A stretch of 64,000 nt of DNA from Octopus vulgaris (GCA_951406725.2 OX597819.1:93992001-94056000), one strand, 5' to 3'. Counted from the first letter of the stretch, positions 14,626 through 29,617 are shown. Notes: a model not told the origin generated them from the sequence alone. A program made the numbers and translations.

Positions 14626-15954
14626 CATTCTGGCAGGAATAAGTATTGAGATCAGGAACTTTTGATAGACTAACATCTTATTTAGTTGGTGATTTATTTC
14701 TTTTAACCATGAAACTATAGCTAAGCAATTGTTTTTATTTTTTATGTCTGTGCACATTTATGAATTGGGCAGAATCACAAGTGGGGATTGAACCACATAT
14801 CTTTACATTTGGAACTAAAATCCCACCATGCCCAACTTGTGTGGTATCCTTTATCTGTCAACCAATTTAGTATCCCTACCTATCTCTTAGATTCAATTAC
14901 AGGAGTTCACTTTAAGCCATATTTCTGTTATTCTGAGAATACCACCCTTCCTCTATTCTGTTAGTCATAGAGGCCCTGAAAAGTATCATAGGCATAAAAA
15001 GCTGGGCAGTTGAACCCTGGATATACAAAAAGACAGGACAGTCACAGCTAAAACGTCTTCGAGCATATGTCTGGTCAAACAGGGCTGACTTGGGAGCTTA
15101 ATAATAACAAGAACAGCACAATAGTTCATTGTTGTATATTCTTACATGAATTATATTAGAAGCAACATTTGGTTTCATTTTATAAAGTCTTTCTAATACG
15201 AAAATTGTCATTACACTATATTGACTGAATCAGTGTAACCTGGAAAAATCTAACATTCCATCATTGTAAAAAAATAAATAAAGGCTTTCATTATATATGC
15301 ATCTATCAATATGCATGCTCACACAAATATCTATTGATCTGTGCAGCCTTATCCATGCATAAATATATCCATAAAAACAAGCAAGAAAATAAAAATGCAA
15401 GTTATTACAGGTTTATATTTATTACAGACATTGTATCATATTCTTTGCCATAGTGCATTATTTAAATTCCAGCAATCAAATTTCGCCTTCGAGGATTTAG
15501 CATTAGAATGGGCATGCAATTCTATACATTCTCAGAACTCTCAAATGTATGCTAACATGAAGAGAGGGGGAAATAAATGTACAAACATTAAAAGCATGTG
15601 CATATTGTTATGAAAACTCTTACATATATGAGTAAATAAATCCAGCAACCATTTATATACATATTCAAACAAAGATTAATGTAATGTATTCTACATTTGT
15701 ATTGTATGCATGCATGCACACTTACATACACACAGGCACACATATACCCACATAGAGCAGTGCATTGGCAAAATCATTAGAGCACCAGATGGTCACGTTT
15801 TGTTCTTTGAATTGTGTGTTCAAATCTTACAGTGGCCTTATTAATCTTTTGCTCTTTTGTCCTTTCCCACCTCTCCTACCATCATAACCACAAAGAACTC
15901 TGTCCAAAACATTGGACATTCTACCCGGCATGTGCTCTTTTACCAAATAATACT

Positions 15955-16187
15955 TATGTTTTTATTACCCACAAGGGGCTAAACATAGAGGGGACAAACA
16001 AGGACATACATAGGCATTAAGTCGATTACATCAACCCCAGTGCGTAACTGGTACTTAATTTATCGACCCCGAAAGGATGAAAAGCAAAGTTGGCCTCGGC
16101 AGAATTTGAACTCACAACGTAACGGCAGACGAAATACCACTAAGCATTTCGCCCGGTGTGCTAACGTGTCTGCCAGCTCACCGCCTT
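15955..16187 (-). mobile_element. SINE family B copy (young)
   Basis: Reverse complement of 19478-19710. Confidence 0.85.
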
Positions 16188-19100
16188 AATATTTACCAAA
16201 TAATACTGTTGTGTGGATACCCCCAGACAATGAAGTAGGCTAGCCCAACACGTAGATGTAGAGGGAGAAGTCTAGACGTCGTCAGAGCACAGTAGTAGAC
16301 TAGAACAGAGTCGAGAGTAGAGTTGAGTTGAAGGCATCTGAATGGGCGACATAACAAATACAAACTTTGCCAATTCTGACCAAACACCAGAATCTTTGGA
16401 TTTATTTTACCTCATAAATTAGATAACAGTTATAGATATAGATGTGTATTATTTCACAGTAGTTTTGGATACAGTGTCACTATGTGACCCTTTCAACAAG
16501 TGTTATCTGCTATAGCCTTGGGGCAACCGAAAATTTGTGAGTGAACTTATGAGACAGAAACTGTGCTGGAGACTATCATGTGTATATGTTTGCATGCGTG
16601 TTGGTATGTTGTAGTTGTGTGTGTGTGTGTGTGTGCATGCATGTGTAGTTATATAAGTGTGTGCGTGCATTTATGTGTGTGTGTGTGTGCACATGCATTC
16701 ATTTATCTGTGTGCATGTACATTTGCATGTATGTATGTGTGTGTGTGTGTGTGCATTTGTACGTATATGTGCAGATTTTTGGGCAGCAGAATTGATTAAT
16801 GATCAGATAAAATTTTATATTCAGAGTTTGAATCTTGCCAATACCCATTTTACTTTCCCTTCTTGTGACTTCAAGAAAATAACAAACTAATATAATAGAA
16901 TAAGTACCTGGGTAGATGTAATCAACTGTACTCACAAGGCTTTGTTCAGCCAAAAACTATAGTAGAAGAAATGTGTCCAAGGTTTCATGTGGTTGGGAAG
17001 TAAGTTTCTTATCACCCAGTCATGTTTGTGGTTTCTATATGAATTCAAAAATAATATCCCATTTAGAAATAAAATCAATTTAAAAAGAATCTATGAAAAT
17101 ATAAATAAGTTACAGAATGAGATTAGCAAAAAAAAAAGAAATTCCATGGCTATGTGGAAGAAATTTGCTTCCCGATGACATGGTTCTGAGTTCAATTTCA
17201 GTGTGGCACTTTATAGAAATGTCTTCCACTCTATCCTCGAGTTGACCAAAATTTTGTGAGTAGATTTGGTGGACAGAGACTGAAAGTAGCCCATTATTTA
17301 TATATGTATTTATATGTGTGTGCATTTTTGTCTGTTTGTACCCAACCACCACTTGACTATCAGTGTTGATGCATTTACATCTCTGTAACTTAGCAGTTCA
17401 GCAAAAGATTCTGATAGAATATGTACCAGCCTTTAAAGAATGTACTGGGGGTCAATTTTCTCAACTAAGAATGCTTCAAGGTGATACCTCAGCATGACCT
17501 CAGTCTAATGACTGAAATATATAAAAATAAGAATTAATTGAAAGTTTCCTTTTAGTTGAAGAAAGAAAACAAAAACCTAGAAGTAATTGTTAGCAACTCT
17601 CAATGTAAAGGGAGATAATTTCAAGAAATTTACTGAATTCACAAGTTAATTTACATGCTTATGGAAAGAACAATCTAACATTTACATGTAAGTAAGGGGA
17701 ACAACTATAGACACGTTTCCATCTATTAGATCTCATCACCGTACTAAAATTTTATGAAGCCTGAAGATCAGTTGACATAGATCTTTACATAATGTATAGT
17801 GTTCCAAATACTTTTGAACAGAAATATATATTATGTTGTTCTGTTTTCTGTCAGCCATTTTGATATGAGGACCTACTGTTTAACATTGATATAAATCATT
17901 CTTTCTCGTACATACACATAATGTACTTAGATAACACCAAATACATACATGCAACATATAACACCTAATTCATACACCTAACACATTTTATAAATAAGAC
18001 ATAATACATACATATCACAACTAACACATACATACTCAGAAATATGTAACACTTATGCACAATACATATGTGCAATCTCCAATCCTCTCAGCACATCTCC
18101 AATCCTCTCTCTCAGCATATAGAAAGTTCAGCTTCCTGAAAAGAAATATAACTGATGCATATTCTATATTTGTTTATATCAACAAACAGTTTTCTGATTT
18201 TATTGAGAACTTTAGCGTCTTCAGAATTTTGCTAAGATACATAGTAATTGCGGTGACATAAGTTATTACTAGGACTGAGTATTCATAGAATAAACTTCTA
18301 ACTCTGACACCATCTTCATAACAGCTGCCTTCTTTGTCAAAGACACACATTATGATGTTTGATTTGAGGAAAGATTTTTTTTAAATGTTCAAATTTTGAA
18401 TGATTCATTTATATCAATGAAATGCTATTGAAATGGAATATCTTGAGTGTAAATTAGGTAAAAATGTAGAAAGAGATTATACAAAGAAACACTCTGACAT
18501 ATATAGGCATACATATATAATATAGACATATGTATATGTGTAATAGGTTGTAAACATGTGTTTGCATGTATATGTTAATCGATATGCGAGTGCTCGTATG
18601 ATTGTATATGCATGAATGCATGCATGTATGTCTGCATGCATGTATGTCTGCCTTTACATGTGAGTGAAAAATTATGTGCATTTGTATTTGTATATATGAA
18701 TATATGTGAGAGTGTGTGTGTATGTGTGCATCTGTGTTTAGATTTGTGTGTGTGAGTGCATATAAGTGTGGATATATGTGTATATGTGTATACACAACTA
18801 TATATGCTAAAATACATGCCTGCATGCATATGAATAATTATGCTATGTCCATGATTGTAGAAAGACAGAAGAAAGATATTGTTTTTTTACTCTAATATAT
18901 AGGAAGTCTGATGTGATAAATTTTATCTGCATTGATAAACACATCTCTCTGTACTAATAATAATGGTGGTATAAGATATATAATAGTGGTATACAATACA
19001 GATACATAATTCATGTATGTACAGTATATGAATTTATATAGAAATACTAAGAGCAATTCAGGCCAAATTCAGAAAAGTCATTCAACAGATCAACCTACTC

Positions 19101-19477
19101 ACTATATCACCAATGTCTGGTTCACTAATTCCTCAATATGTTGTATCAATTCCTTAATATCTCTGAACTTTCTGACTGCTCCCTAACATCAACGGAAATG
19201 CTAAAACAGGCACATACCTCCACCATCTTTATTTTGTTTCCTTCAACACTACTCATTCTAGGACTGTATAGCTCATGAGATCATGGAACTGCATCCAGGA
19301 AGTTTCTTCCTGAGTTGCAGGTCTGGGCAATATATCTGTCATATTTTGTTATGGAACACCAGCAGTTGCCTATGCATATATGACTTACATCCCTTTCTAT
19401 ACTGTTATTGTTGACCAAAGAAAAGGCAAGAGGCAATACAGCTTGGCACCCGTTTCATTGCAGGTATTACCATCAGA

Positions 19478-19710
19478 AAGGCGGCGAGCTGGCAGAAACG
19501 TTAGCACGCCGGGTGAAATGCGTTGCCATATTTCGTCTGCCATTACATTCTGAGTTCAAATTCCGCCGAGGCCGACTTTGCCTCTCATCCTTTCGGGGTT
19601 GATTAAATAAGTACCAGTTATGCACTGGGGTCAATATAATCGACTTAATCTGTTTGTCTGTCCTTGTTTGTCCTCTGTGTTTAGCCCCTTGTGGGTAGTA
19701 AAGAAATAGG
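19478..19710 (+). mobile_element. SINE family B copy (young)
   Basis: aaggcggcgagctggcagaa...ttctgagttcaaattcc (B-box-like)...catcctttcggggttgattaaataagtaccag. More than 10 copies occur in the window. Confidence 0.85.
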
Positions 19711-19892
19711 AATTACCATCAGAATCCAGTGAACCAGAACAGAAATTACAAGGCATCTCAACCACACTTTAACAATTCCATTCACTACAATCCTGGACTG
19801 GCACTTGATTCACTGACCCCCTCCTGAAAAGATAAAATGTAAAGATGACTTCAGTGGGAATTGATACCTGGGTGCAATAAGTTAGAACAAAC

Positions 19893-20110
19893 ATTGGTTT
19901 CAAATTTTGGCACAGGTCCAGCAATTTTGAGGGAGTGGGCAAGTTGATTACATTGACTTCAGTGCTCATCTGGAACTTGTTTTACTGACCTCCAAAAGGA
20001 TGAAAGGCAAAGTTAACTTCAGCAGAATTTGAACTCAAAACGTTAAGTTGGACGAAATACCACTAAGCATTTTGCCTAGTGTGCTAATGATTCTACCAGC
20101 TCACCACTTT
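19893..20110 (-). mobile_element. SINE family B copy (others at ~33156-33372 +, 38003-38192 +, 58665-58862 +, 59975-60190 -, and several at 9245-10740 -)
   Basis: aaggatgaaaggcaaagttaac...gaatttgaactca is the reverse complement of the family B core. Confidence 0.8.
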
Positions 20111-20423
20111 AGTCAGAACAAGTATTGCAAGACACTGTAGCTGACACTCAAATGATTCTGCCAATTCATCACAGAACTGTTCCTACAAGGTTCCCCACGA
20201 CATGAACAGTCCACATATATTTCATGACTCATCACTCAACATTCTCTCTCACTTTATTTACATCTATATTTTAAAGCCATTTAGAAAAATGAAAATAAGT
20301 CTTTTTAATGATATATCTTGGATGTGAATGCAGTTATAAACAATAGTTCATAACACATTGAGTTTAAAAAAATGTTTGGACTGGAAAAAGTGGAAATGTT
20401 ACCGGCATTACACATCCACCATA

Positions 20424-20645
20424 ACCTGTGGGTAACTTTTCTACCTTTTTGTCTGACCAAAGGTTTTTTTTAGCCCAATATAGTCCCATTCACTTAAAGG
20501 GGATTGTAGTGTTTCAAATTACATGGTGATCTCACCTGTGGGTAACTTTTCTACCTTTTTGTCTGACCAAAGGTTTTTTTTAGCCCAATATAGTCCCATT
20601 CACTTAAAGGGGATTGTAGTGTTTCAAATTACATGGTGATCTCAC
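20424..20645. repeat. Perfect 110-bp tandem duplication
   Basis: 20424-20533 equals 20534-20643 (acctgtgggtaactttt...acatggtgatctc). Confidence 0.95.
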
Positions 20646-23601
20646 TTATGCTGGTACCATAGAAAAAGCACTCAGAACATGTAAAGGATTTAGCATTTGG
20701 AAGAGCGTCCAGCCATAGAAGCCACATCAAAGCGGTCATTGGAGTACAATGCAGTTCTCAGACACTTCAGATTTTGTAAATCCACTCAACCTATGTCAGC
20801 ATCAAATATGGATGTCAAATGATGATGATGATGTATTAAGTGCTATTATTTATAAATGCATTCGTTCATACTAAAATAAGTATACTTGGAAAGAGGGGTG
20901 TAGAATCAAAAAGAAAGCCTGTACATGGTTGTTTGGCCTTCTAGAATTAGCATCCAAATCTCACTTGAATGACATCCTACCATCTTAAGTAAAGGAAAGG
21001 CATATTTGATAGTCTTAGATATACTATATATTAAAATAAGACTGGAAGGCCATGGCTGGGTGAATTCCTGTAATCCCTTTGGATCAGAAAACACTGAGAT
21101 AAACCATAGGTTATAAAAAGTGAGATTTAGCTTTGGCAACAGTTAGTAGCTTCTGTGACATGTTCTCTAAAATGACAGGTTATTTATATAAAGGCAGAAT
21201 ACAGTTAGAATTTGTCACTGACATATTCAGTTCCAGGAGATTTTCTTTTCTCCAGGGTTGATAAAATTAACATCATTTGCATATTCAGGCTTAACAGATA
21301 TAACTAGACCTAACTACAAAACTGGTTGTCTATAGTTCATTGCAAATGTTGCTCAGAATAAAACTGGATTAAATTTGTTTGTTATTGTAATTTATGATTC
21401 AATAAAAACAGTTATGGTGAAAGTGTGTTGAAGCTAACTTCAAAATTACCACAGACTAAAAAAAAATAATAAAATATTGAAAATACTAATCTGTCCAATT
21501 GAGAAAATTTAGTTATCAACAACATTAAAACTTTAGACAAGTAAATATAACAGGGAACTTGTATATAGTCATTTGACTTGTTAGAAATAGTGATCAAACC
21601 TCCGTAAAATCACACTCTACCATCTTTTGGGTTACCTGCATATAGATAAAAGACAGGAAGGTCACAACTGGCAGACTTTTGATGATAGATAAGTCTTTTC
21701 GATCAGAGGTGTCTTGGAGGTAAGCTACAACATACACAGCTTGAGCCAGTGATGAAGCCTTTGTATCATTGTCCAGCTTGCTAGAAGTAGTAACCAAATC
21801 TACCTCAAATAACACTCTACTATCTTAAAAAAGAGAAAGTGCACATTGAATAATGTAGTCCTAGATAATACTCCTTAAAGTACTAAAAAGGATGGTCATA
21901 GTTGAAACATGTTTGGTCATCATAGATCTGCTTCATCTGTGAAGGAATGTGATCTAGTTGGTTAGGATATAAACTCATGATCATGTTTATGAGCTGGATT
22001 CTTGGAGTGGGTGGTGCATTTTGTCCTTGGGCAAAGCACTTCATTTCACATTTTCCTAATTCACTCCATTGAGAAGTAGCTGCCCTTGCAAACTCTTAGC
22101 CTAAAATCTTGCAAATGTACGATGTCAGTTGTCTTTGGTGCCTCCAGTACATTGGTTTGCTTACTTGATACTTGATTAGAATTGACCAGACAATACCCAG
22201 TAATGGCACACATAGATATTTATAAGTTCACCAAATACTTCTTTGGTCATACAAAAACGTCTTTGGATATCAAATGGAGTTCAACTTACCTGATATGATT
22301 TCTTTATTGCATACTACCATAAGCAAGTAGAAAATACAGTTTAGAGACTTAAATATACTTGTGTGCAATAAGAAGAGGAAAATTATATTGTTTGGGACAA
22401 GGCTATTTATTATGGATTTTAGTTGCGTTTTTTTTCTGTTTTCTTTTTCTTTTCTTTTTTTTCCTTACTTTCAGAAACATAACTACAGAATGTGTAGTAC
22501 GCTACAATAAGTCCAAATAAAAGTATTTCTATATTTAGTATTTTTAAATTATAGCTTATACTATATAGGTCTATATACTATGAATCTACTCAAATTGATG
22601 GAACAATGTCCATTGAAATAAATTTTATTTAGCAATAACTAATGCAGCCTACCATTATACATTTTTTTTTCACTGGTTATAGCTAAATTATGGGAAGAGA
22701 TGCACTTCCTGGAATTGTGTCATTATAGTTTATAATAAGAAAAATATGACAAACTGAGGCCCTGACAGCTAAAAATAGTAAGACTGTCAGAGTTTCACAT
22801 TATAAAACATAGATAATTGGAAGATTCCTTTAGGTTCATGCTCAAAATAACATCTGGATGTTGAATTCTGAGTTTTTATTTTTTGTTATTATTATTTTCA
22901 TTTTTTTACTTTATCTAGTATTTTGGATTTGCGTGTGTGTGTGTGGTGGGGGATGGGGGAGTTGCTTTTATTTTTTAACTTAACACATTCTTATTCATTG
23001 TTATTTCTTTTCATAAAGTCTATAGTCCTGGTAATTTGGACATTTGCAAGAATTATTAGGCCATGTTTTTATTGGTGAATATACTTTTTTAAAGACTATC
23101 TGTAAATAGTGAAGACTTTATATCTAATTTTCAGTAAAATTAATAGTGTCTTACATTATATAGCAATTGTGGGGATAATAGAAGCAGCAGTTATGGTGTT
23201 AATATCAACATTCTGTTGAAAGAAAAACAAGTGAAAAACACTCTTTTGTAACTTACAAGAAATCAATTAAAAAATAATTTTTTATTTTATTCATCTTTAA
23301 TAAGAAGCTTCCTATTATATTTTTCTATTATATCACTATATAAGATTTTTCTTCAAATTTAGATATATTTTAGAATAATTCACTTATTTTTTGCCTTTTT
23401 GTTTTTTGTTTATTCTCTGTAAGCCATTATTTTATGTTTTAATAGTATATTATGAAAATTTTACTTCTCTTTTTAATTAAAACTATACATGATATTACTA
23501 TATTAACTCAGCTCCATCTTGTTAATGATGGCTCCAGCTTTAAAAAAAAATAGCATTATTTCATTTAAGCAGCAACCCTGAAATCTCCCCTATCTATATA
23601 A

Positions 23602-23738
23602 CAAATCGACCCCAGGACTTATTCTTTGTAAGCCTAGTACTTATTCTATCGGTCCCTTTTGCTGAACCGCTAAGTTACGGGACATAAACACACCAGCATC
23701 GGTTGTCAAGCGATGTTGGGGGGACAAACACAGACATA

Positions 23739-23792
<54 letters not shown>

Positions 23793-23958
23793 CATATATA
23801 CGACAGGCTTCTTTCAGTTTCTGCCTACCAAATCTACTCACAAGGCTTTGGTCGACCCGAGGCTATAGTAGAAGACACTTCCCCAAGGTGCCACGCAGTG
23901 GGACTGAACCCGGAACTATGGGGTTGGTAAGCAAGCTACTTACCACACAGCCACTCCT
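23602..23958 (-). mobile_element. tRNA-derived SINE family A copy (young, CpG-retaining)
   Basis: Reverse complement of the 40166-40580 element. Confidence 0.9.
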
Positions 23959-25460
23959 ATGTTAGCAAGGTACAAGCTTATGGTAAGTGGCTTCCATGTT
24001 GGACAAATCAAAGAATAAAGGCAAAGCCAAAATAATATGGACAACCTTCCAAAGGTTAGAAATGGGTCTGCATAAGACCAACATTCCTACCAAGAGAAAA
24101 GTTACAGAAGCATTGATGACAATTCAAAACCAAGATCTTAAAAAGGATAGCCTTCCTTCTGGGAAATTTATGAAACCACAAAGAAGGTGGAAGAGAAAAT
24201 ACCATAAAACTGAAGTAGAGCTGAGAAAAGCAGAGCTGGAAAAAGCAGAGCTCTAACTGGAGAGGAGTAAAGACAGCCTGGAGTTGACAACAGTTAAGAT
24301 TGCTAATGTTCCATTGGAACTGAAGGGTATAAGGGAAATGTGAGTGTCTTGGGTTGCTGACATTGATAATGTGAAAAACAAAGGAAAGAGAATTCTAAAG
24401 ATTAATTAAAAGTGGAAATGAATTCAATATTATGCTTATTTAGAAGTAAACATTCAGAGATAATACTAAACAACCAGCTGCTGAAAATCTGGCATTATAC
24501 AGTCTTAACTGCAAGTCAAAAATCACTTTTCCTGACTCAGTTTGTCATGAATTGAATAGTTTCATGCTGTCTATTGTATTTAAGTGTGAGGAAATGGCAG
24601 CATTTATCTAAATAAGTTATCAACCAACACAAATCATTTATCTAAAAGGATATCCATGATAGCAGACCAGTTATTTAGGAAATGTAACTGTCCATTCAAG
24701 ATACCCAATTATGGATATTGTTGGCTGGCTAGAAATAGCAGCTAAATAAACCTCCAATCTTAACTTACTTGTCTTTAAAAAAAATAGCAGAGACACAATG
24801 ATTAAGATAATTCTTGCTACACTGCCTGAAATAATGATGGTATGGTCATGGCTGGAGCGCCTTTGATCTTAAACCTGGGTGGACTACAACAACAGTTTCC
24901 ATCTTTTCCTTAAACTCCTCCTGCCTTACCCACCAACCTCTCAAGCAACAATAAAAGAATCAAGAAATGGTTGCTATCATTGTTGATATTGTTGTTGTCA
25001 TTGCTTACCTTCAGGATAGCCTTGACTGCATACAAAGATGTTTAAGCCATGACAATCCTGTCTTTTTTTATTAGCTTGCGTAGTTGTTGATGTTTTTGTT
25101 GTTCTAATAGAAGTTCAATGCAACGATTTTAGTTGAAGTGGAAGAATATCTTCAACTCAATTCAATTTGACATTCGAAACTTCTGACAAGAATTTGGTCA
25201 CGAAGACAGTGCCTTGGTCAAGTTTGTTAGAGCAATTTGCATACAATTTGAAATATGGTTTTACAGCAAAAAAAAAAAACAGTTCTATTACAACATTGTG
25301 TTGTACTTTATAACTGTCTCTAACATGTTTGATATATTGGAAGTAAGAACAATAACTCAGGTTAGTTACCAGGGTCTGAGGTGATTAGTAGCAGATTTCC
25401 TGTAAAATTTTCTTTGAGATAGTTGGTGCTACAACAAAGATATGCCTAATAGTCCTGCTG

Positions 25461-25703
25461 TGGAGGCACATGGCCCAGTGGTTAGTGTGTTGGACTCATG
25501 GTCATAAGATTATGGCTTCGATTCCTGGACCAGGCAACACATTGTGTTCTTGAGCAAAACACTTCATTTCACATTGCTCCAGTTCACTCAGCTTCCTGCA
25601 ATGGGCCAGCATCCCATCTAGTTGGGGAATGTGTATGCACCATGGAAACTAGGAAACCAGCCCTCATGAGTCAGCATAGCTCAAGAAGGAAACTTTACCT
25701 TTA
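25461..25703 (+). mobile_element. tRNA-derived SINE family C (related copies ~35730-36032 -, 62440-62590 -, 21942-22070 +)
   Basis: A box tggcccagtgg and B box ggcttcgattcc, followed by gtgttcttgagcaaaacacttcatttcacattgctcc. Confidence 0.75.
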
Positions 25704-26134
25704 TCTTACTAATAATCCTGCTGAGAAGATATATCAAGTATTGCATGGGTTCCCATGGTTCATAGAATTATTGAAGTTTTAGTTTTTGCCTTTTAATTTT
25801 TTTCAGTCACTGGGCTGTGTCCATGCTTGGGCAATACCTTGACAGGTTTTTAGTCAAACAATTTGACCCTTATTTTTTTAAAGTCTGCTACTTTTTAAAG
25901 TCTGGTCTCTTTTACAAAACTACTAGATTACAGTTGACAATCGGTGTTGGTTTGTTTATGTCCCTGTAACTTAGCAGTTTGGCAAAAAAAAAGTCCAAAG
26001 GAAAATGTACCAGGCTATAAAAAATATATAAATACTGGAGTCAATTTGTTTGCCTTATACTTCAAAGCAGTGCTCCAGCATGGCTGCAGTCTAATGACTG
26101 AAACAAGTAAAAATATAAAGATAAAGCTTTGACA

Positions 26135-26500
26135 GAGTACTCTGCTGAGTGGCATGGTGGGCTTTGAGGAAGCTAGAGGTAGATAAGTGGCTTGTGAAAG
26201 CTGTACAGGTCATGTACAGAGGTTCTGTCAGTAAGATGAGAGATAACTATGAGTACAGTGAAGAATTAAGTGTATAGGTAGGCATTCATCAGAGTACAGT
26301 TTTCTGTTACCTCCTATTCACCATTGTCCTTCAGGCCATAATAAAGGAATTCAAGACAGGCTATCCTTGGGTACTGCTATATGCTGATGGTCTTGGTCAC
26401 AAAGATTCTGTAACTGAACTAGAAAAGAATTTCAAGTGTGGGAGCAAAATCTAGAACCAAAGGGCCTTAAGATTAACTTAGCAAAGACAAAGGTCATGAG
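26135..26500 (+). pseudogene. RTE-clade LINE reverse transcriptase fragment (disrupted)
   Basis: Reads WWALRKL..VDKWLVKAVQVMYRGSVSKMR..YSEELSV*VGIHQ..LLFTIVLQAIIKEFKTGYPWVLLYADGL (degenerate YADD), with a stop and a frameshift. Confidence 0.8.
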
Positions 26501-27346
26501 GAGACCCTACTTCAGTCATGAATGACCATGGGATTGCATCTAGAAAGTTACCCTCCAAGGCACAAGTCCAGGCAAGATTGTTTGTGGAAGGCCAGCAGTC
26601 GCCCATGCATACCAGCCTCCTCTCTCCACACCACTGATGTTATTCAAGAGAAAAGCAAAGGCCAATACAGCTTAGCACCTGTGATGTTGCAACTCATTTC
26701 TACAGCTTAGTTAACTGGAGCAACGTGAAAATAAAGTGTCTTGCTCAAGAACACAACACACAGCCCGGTCCAGGAATCAAACTCACAACCTCAAGGGTTG
26801 GGGGCACTAGGAATGTAGCCTCAGAACCAAGGGGGTGGCAGCCTGCTCTAGGGCAGTCCTAATGCATCTTTACCCCCATCTTTCTCATTATTGCTCTCTT
26901 TATCTTACTCTCTGACTTACCCACTCTCTTTATCTTATTCTCTATCTCCTCTACAGCAAGACAATTATCCTTGCCCCCTATACCACTAATCTCTCATCAG
27001 TTGACACAAAATTTCCATCCTACTCACAACTACTCCCTCCCCCAGCTAAGGGAGTTTTTGCCATGGTGGTTTTGTCAGTTCTGTTGCCATGTATAAAGCA
27101 CTAGAACTGGTGACATGTAAAAAGCACCAGTGCTGGTGTGACATGAAAAGCACCGGTGCTAGTGTCATGTAAAAACCACCTAGTACATTCTGTAAAGTAG
27201 TTGGTATTAGGGAGGGCATTTGGCCATAGAAACCATATCAAAGCAATGGAGCCTGGTGTGGCTCACAACCTTATCGGCTCCTATCAAACCATCCAACCCA
27301 TGCCAGTATGGAAAGCGAATTTTAAATAATAATGATGATGAGGAGG

Positions 27347-27379
<33 letters not shown>

Positions 27380-27417
27380 AACACACATACATGTATTATG
27401 TACGTATGTATATTACA

Positions 27418-27488
<71 letters not shown>

Positions 27489-27497
27489 ATATGTATG

Positions 27498-27539
<42 letters not shown>

Positions 27540-28073
27540 CATGTGTATGCATGTGTGTGTGTATACATGTATGTATGTCTATATAAAACAAATACACAAC
27601 ACTTGAAATTGATTTGGAAATGTCTTCTATTTTTCTCGCAGTATTTCAGTGAATTTCTTCTACTAAACAAATAACAAATGAAAATAGATTAAAATTCATT
27701 TTTTCCAATCAATTTTTTACTCATTTCATGTTTATTTTATTTTTTTTCTTTATCTATTAAACATTTTCTGTGTATTTGGTTTATTATCTAATCTTCAGTT
27801 ACTATTTGTCATTGGAATTATTGCTATACATATGAATTAATTTGCATATGTTTAAATGCTTTGAATATATCTTGTATTTGTTTTGTAAAAAGTATGTATG
27901 GAGGTGGTTTAATGTGTCATAAATGATGAAGATGATGGCAGTAGCATCAATGTTATTGCGATGCTTCTTATAACATTTAATAAATTAGTTATAAATTACA
28001 CAAACATAAATTCATTATTTCTATGTGTAATAATTTCCAAGTTATCTTCATGTATATCATATACTATACATAC

Positions 28074-28112
<39 letters not shown>

Positions 28113-28197
28113 AACACACATACATGAATTATGTACGTATGTATATAACATGTGTGTATATACATATATATATAAGTAAATATGTATATAATGCATA

Positions 28198-28290
<93 letters not shown>

Positions 28291-28313
28291 AGTAAATATA
28301 TATGTATATAATG

Positions 28314-28399
<86 letters not shown>

Positions 28400-28885
28400 T
28401 GTATATATTGTCTTCATATACTTTGTGCTTTACTAACTTATTTTTTGTTCCAGTTTTATTTCCATCACATATGACGGCAACTAGATCATATTGTTTCTCC
28501 CAGAAAAAAAAAATGTTTTCTTAATATCTTTCGTTGAAAATTGTAGACTACATTGAATACATCTATTTTTCTGAATTAAATAATTTTATGCATAAAATTT
28601 CACAATGGATACATTGCAGTGATTTTATCAAATGTCATCTGACATTTTTTAATCTTTTGCCTTCAGCTTATTTACAGTTTCATGCTTTTAATCAATACCA
28701 TACATTTCTCTCCTAATTTCTCCCCATTTTTTAAAAATATTTCTTTATCTTATTCATCCTATTTTTCATTTATTTTATTTTCTCTACTTCTGTTTCCCTC
28801 TTCCTCTAAATTCTTTCTATTTCTTTATATATATATATACATATATATATATACACTTTGATATATATATAATATATCTCTTATG

Positions 28886-28952
<67 letters not shown>

Positions 28953-29017
28953 GTGTATGTATTTATAAAATATATTTATAGATATGACATGTATAATATA
29001 CATATTTAGAATATATA

Positions 29018-29066
<49 letters not shown>

Positions 29067-29405
29067 GTAATATATATATATATATATATTATATAGATAT
29101 ATATATATGTATATATTCGATTAAGCAATGGGCCTTGTCTTAGCCTGTGGTTAACAGTGGCAAATGCACATCTAGCATTCTCACTTTTGCAACTGGATGG
29201 TTTTTATTTTTTGCCTGCTACAGTACTTTCATAAGTAATATTACCGCCAGGTAAATGCCACAGTTTATTTGCCTTTTCATAAAGTATCTGCAATAAGTAT
29301 GATATGCAGATATCTATTTTAATCTAATATGCCTTTCTTTTGCATATAATAGGTATCAATCTATCTATCTGTCTATATGTATGTGTGTGTATATATATGT
29401 ATATA

Positions 29406-29466
<61 letters not shown>

Positions 29467-29585
29467 CTCTTCCCATTTTTCTACATTCAATAACTTCATT
29501 TCCTCTCTCTCCTGCTTTCTCAGTTTCTCGTTTGCATTTTCTCTCTCTCCCTGTATATATACATATGTCTATATATGCATGTGTG

Positions 29586-29617
<32 letters not shown>

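Noticed and set aside
16207-16389. TG...CA bounded, GC-richer segment as a possible solo LTR
   Set aside because: There is no target-site duplication and no second copy in the window.
18055-18261. ORF ending in FSVFRILLR, reminiscent of an S4 helix (exon 11)
   Set aside because: There is no every-third-residue Arg/Lys periodicity and no following MDNVATF-like S4-S5 segment.
25461-25535. tRNA-like sequences with A/B boxes (also at SINE A heads)
   Set aside because: They are SINE heads that continue into repeat bodies and do not form a complete cloverleaf.
27100-27180. Short direct repeats (gtaaaaagcacc) superficially like a CRISPR array
   Set aside because: The context is eukaryotic, the spacers resemble each other, and the repeats are an internal minisatellite of a retroposon.
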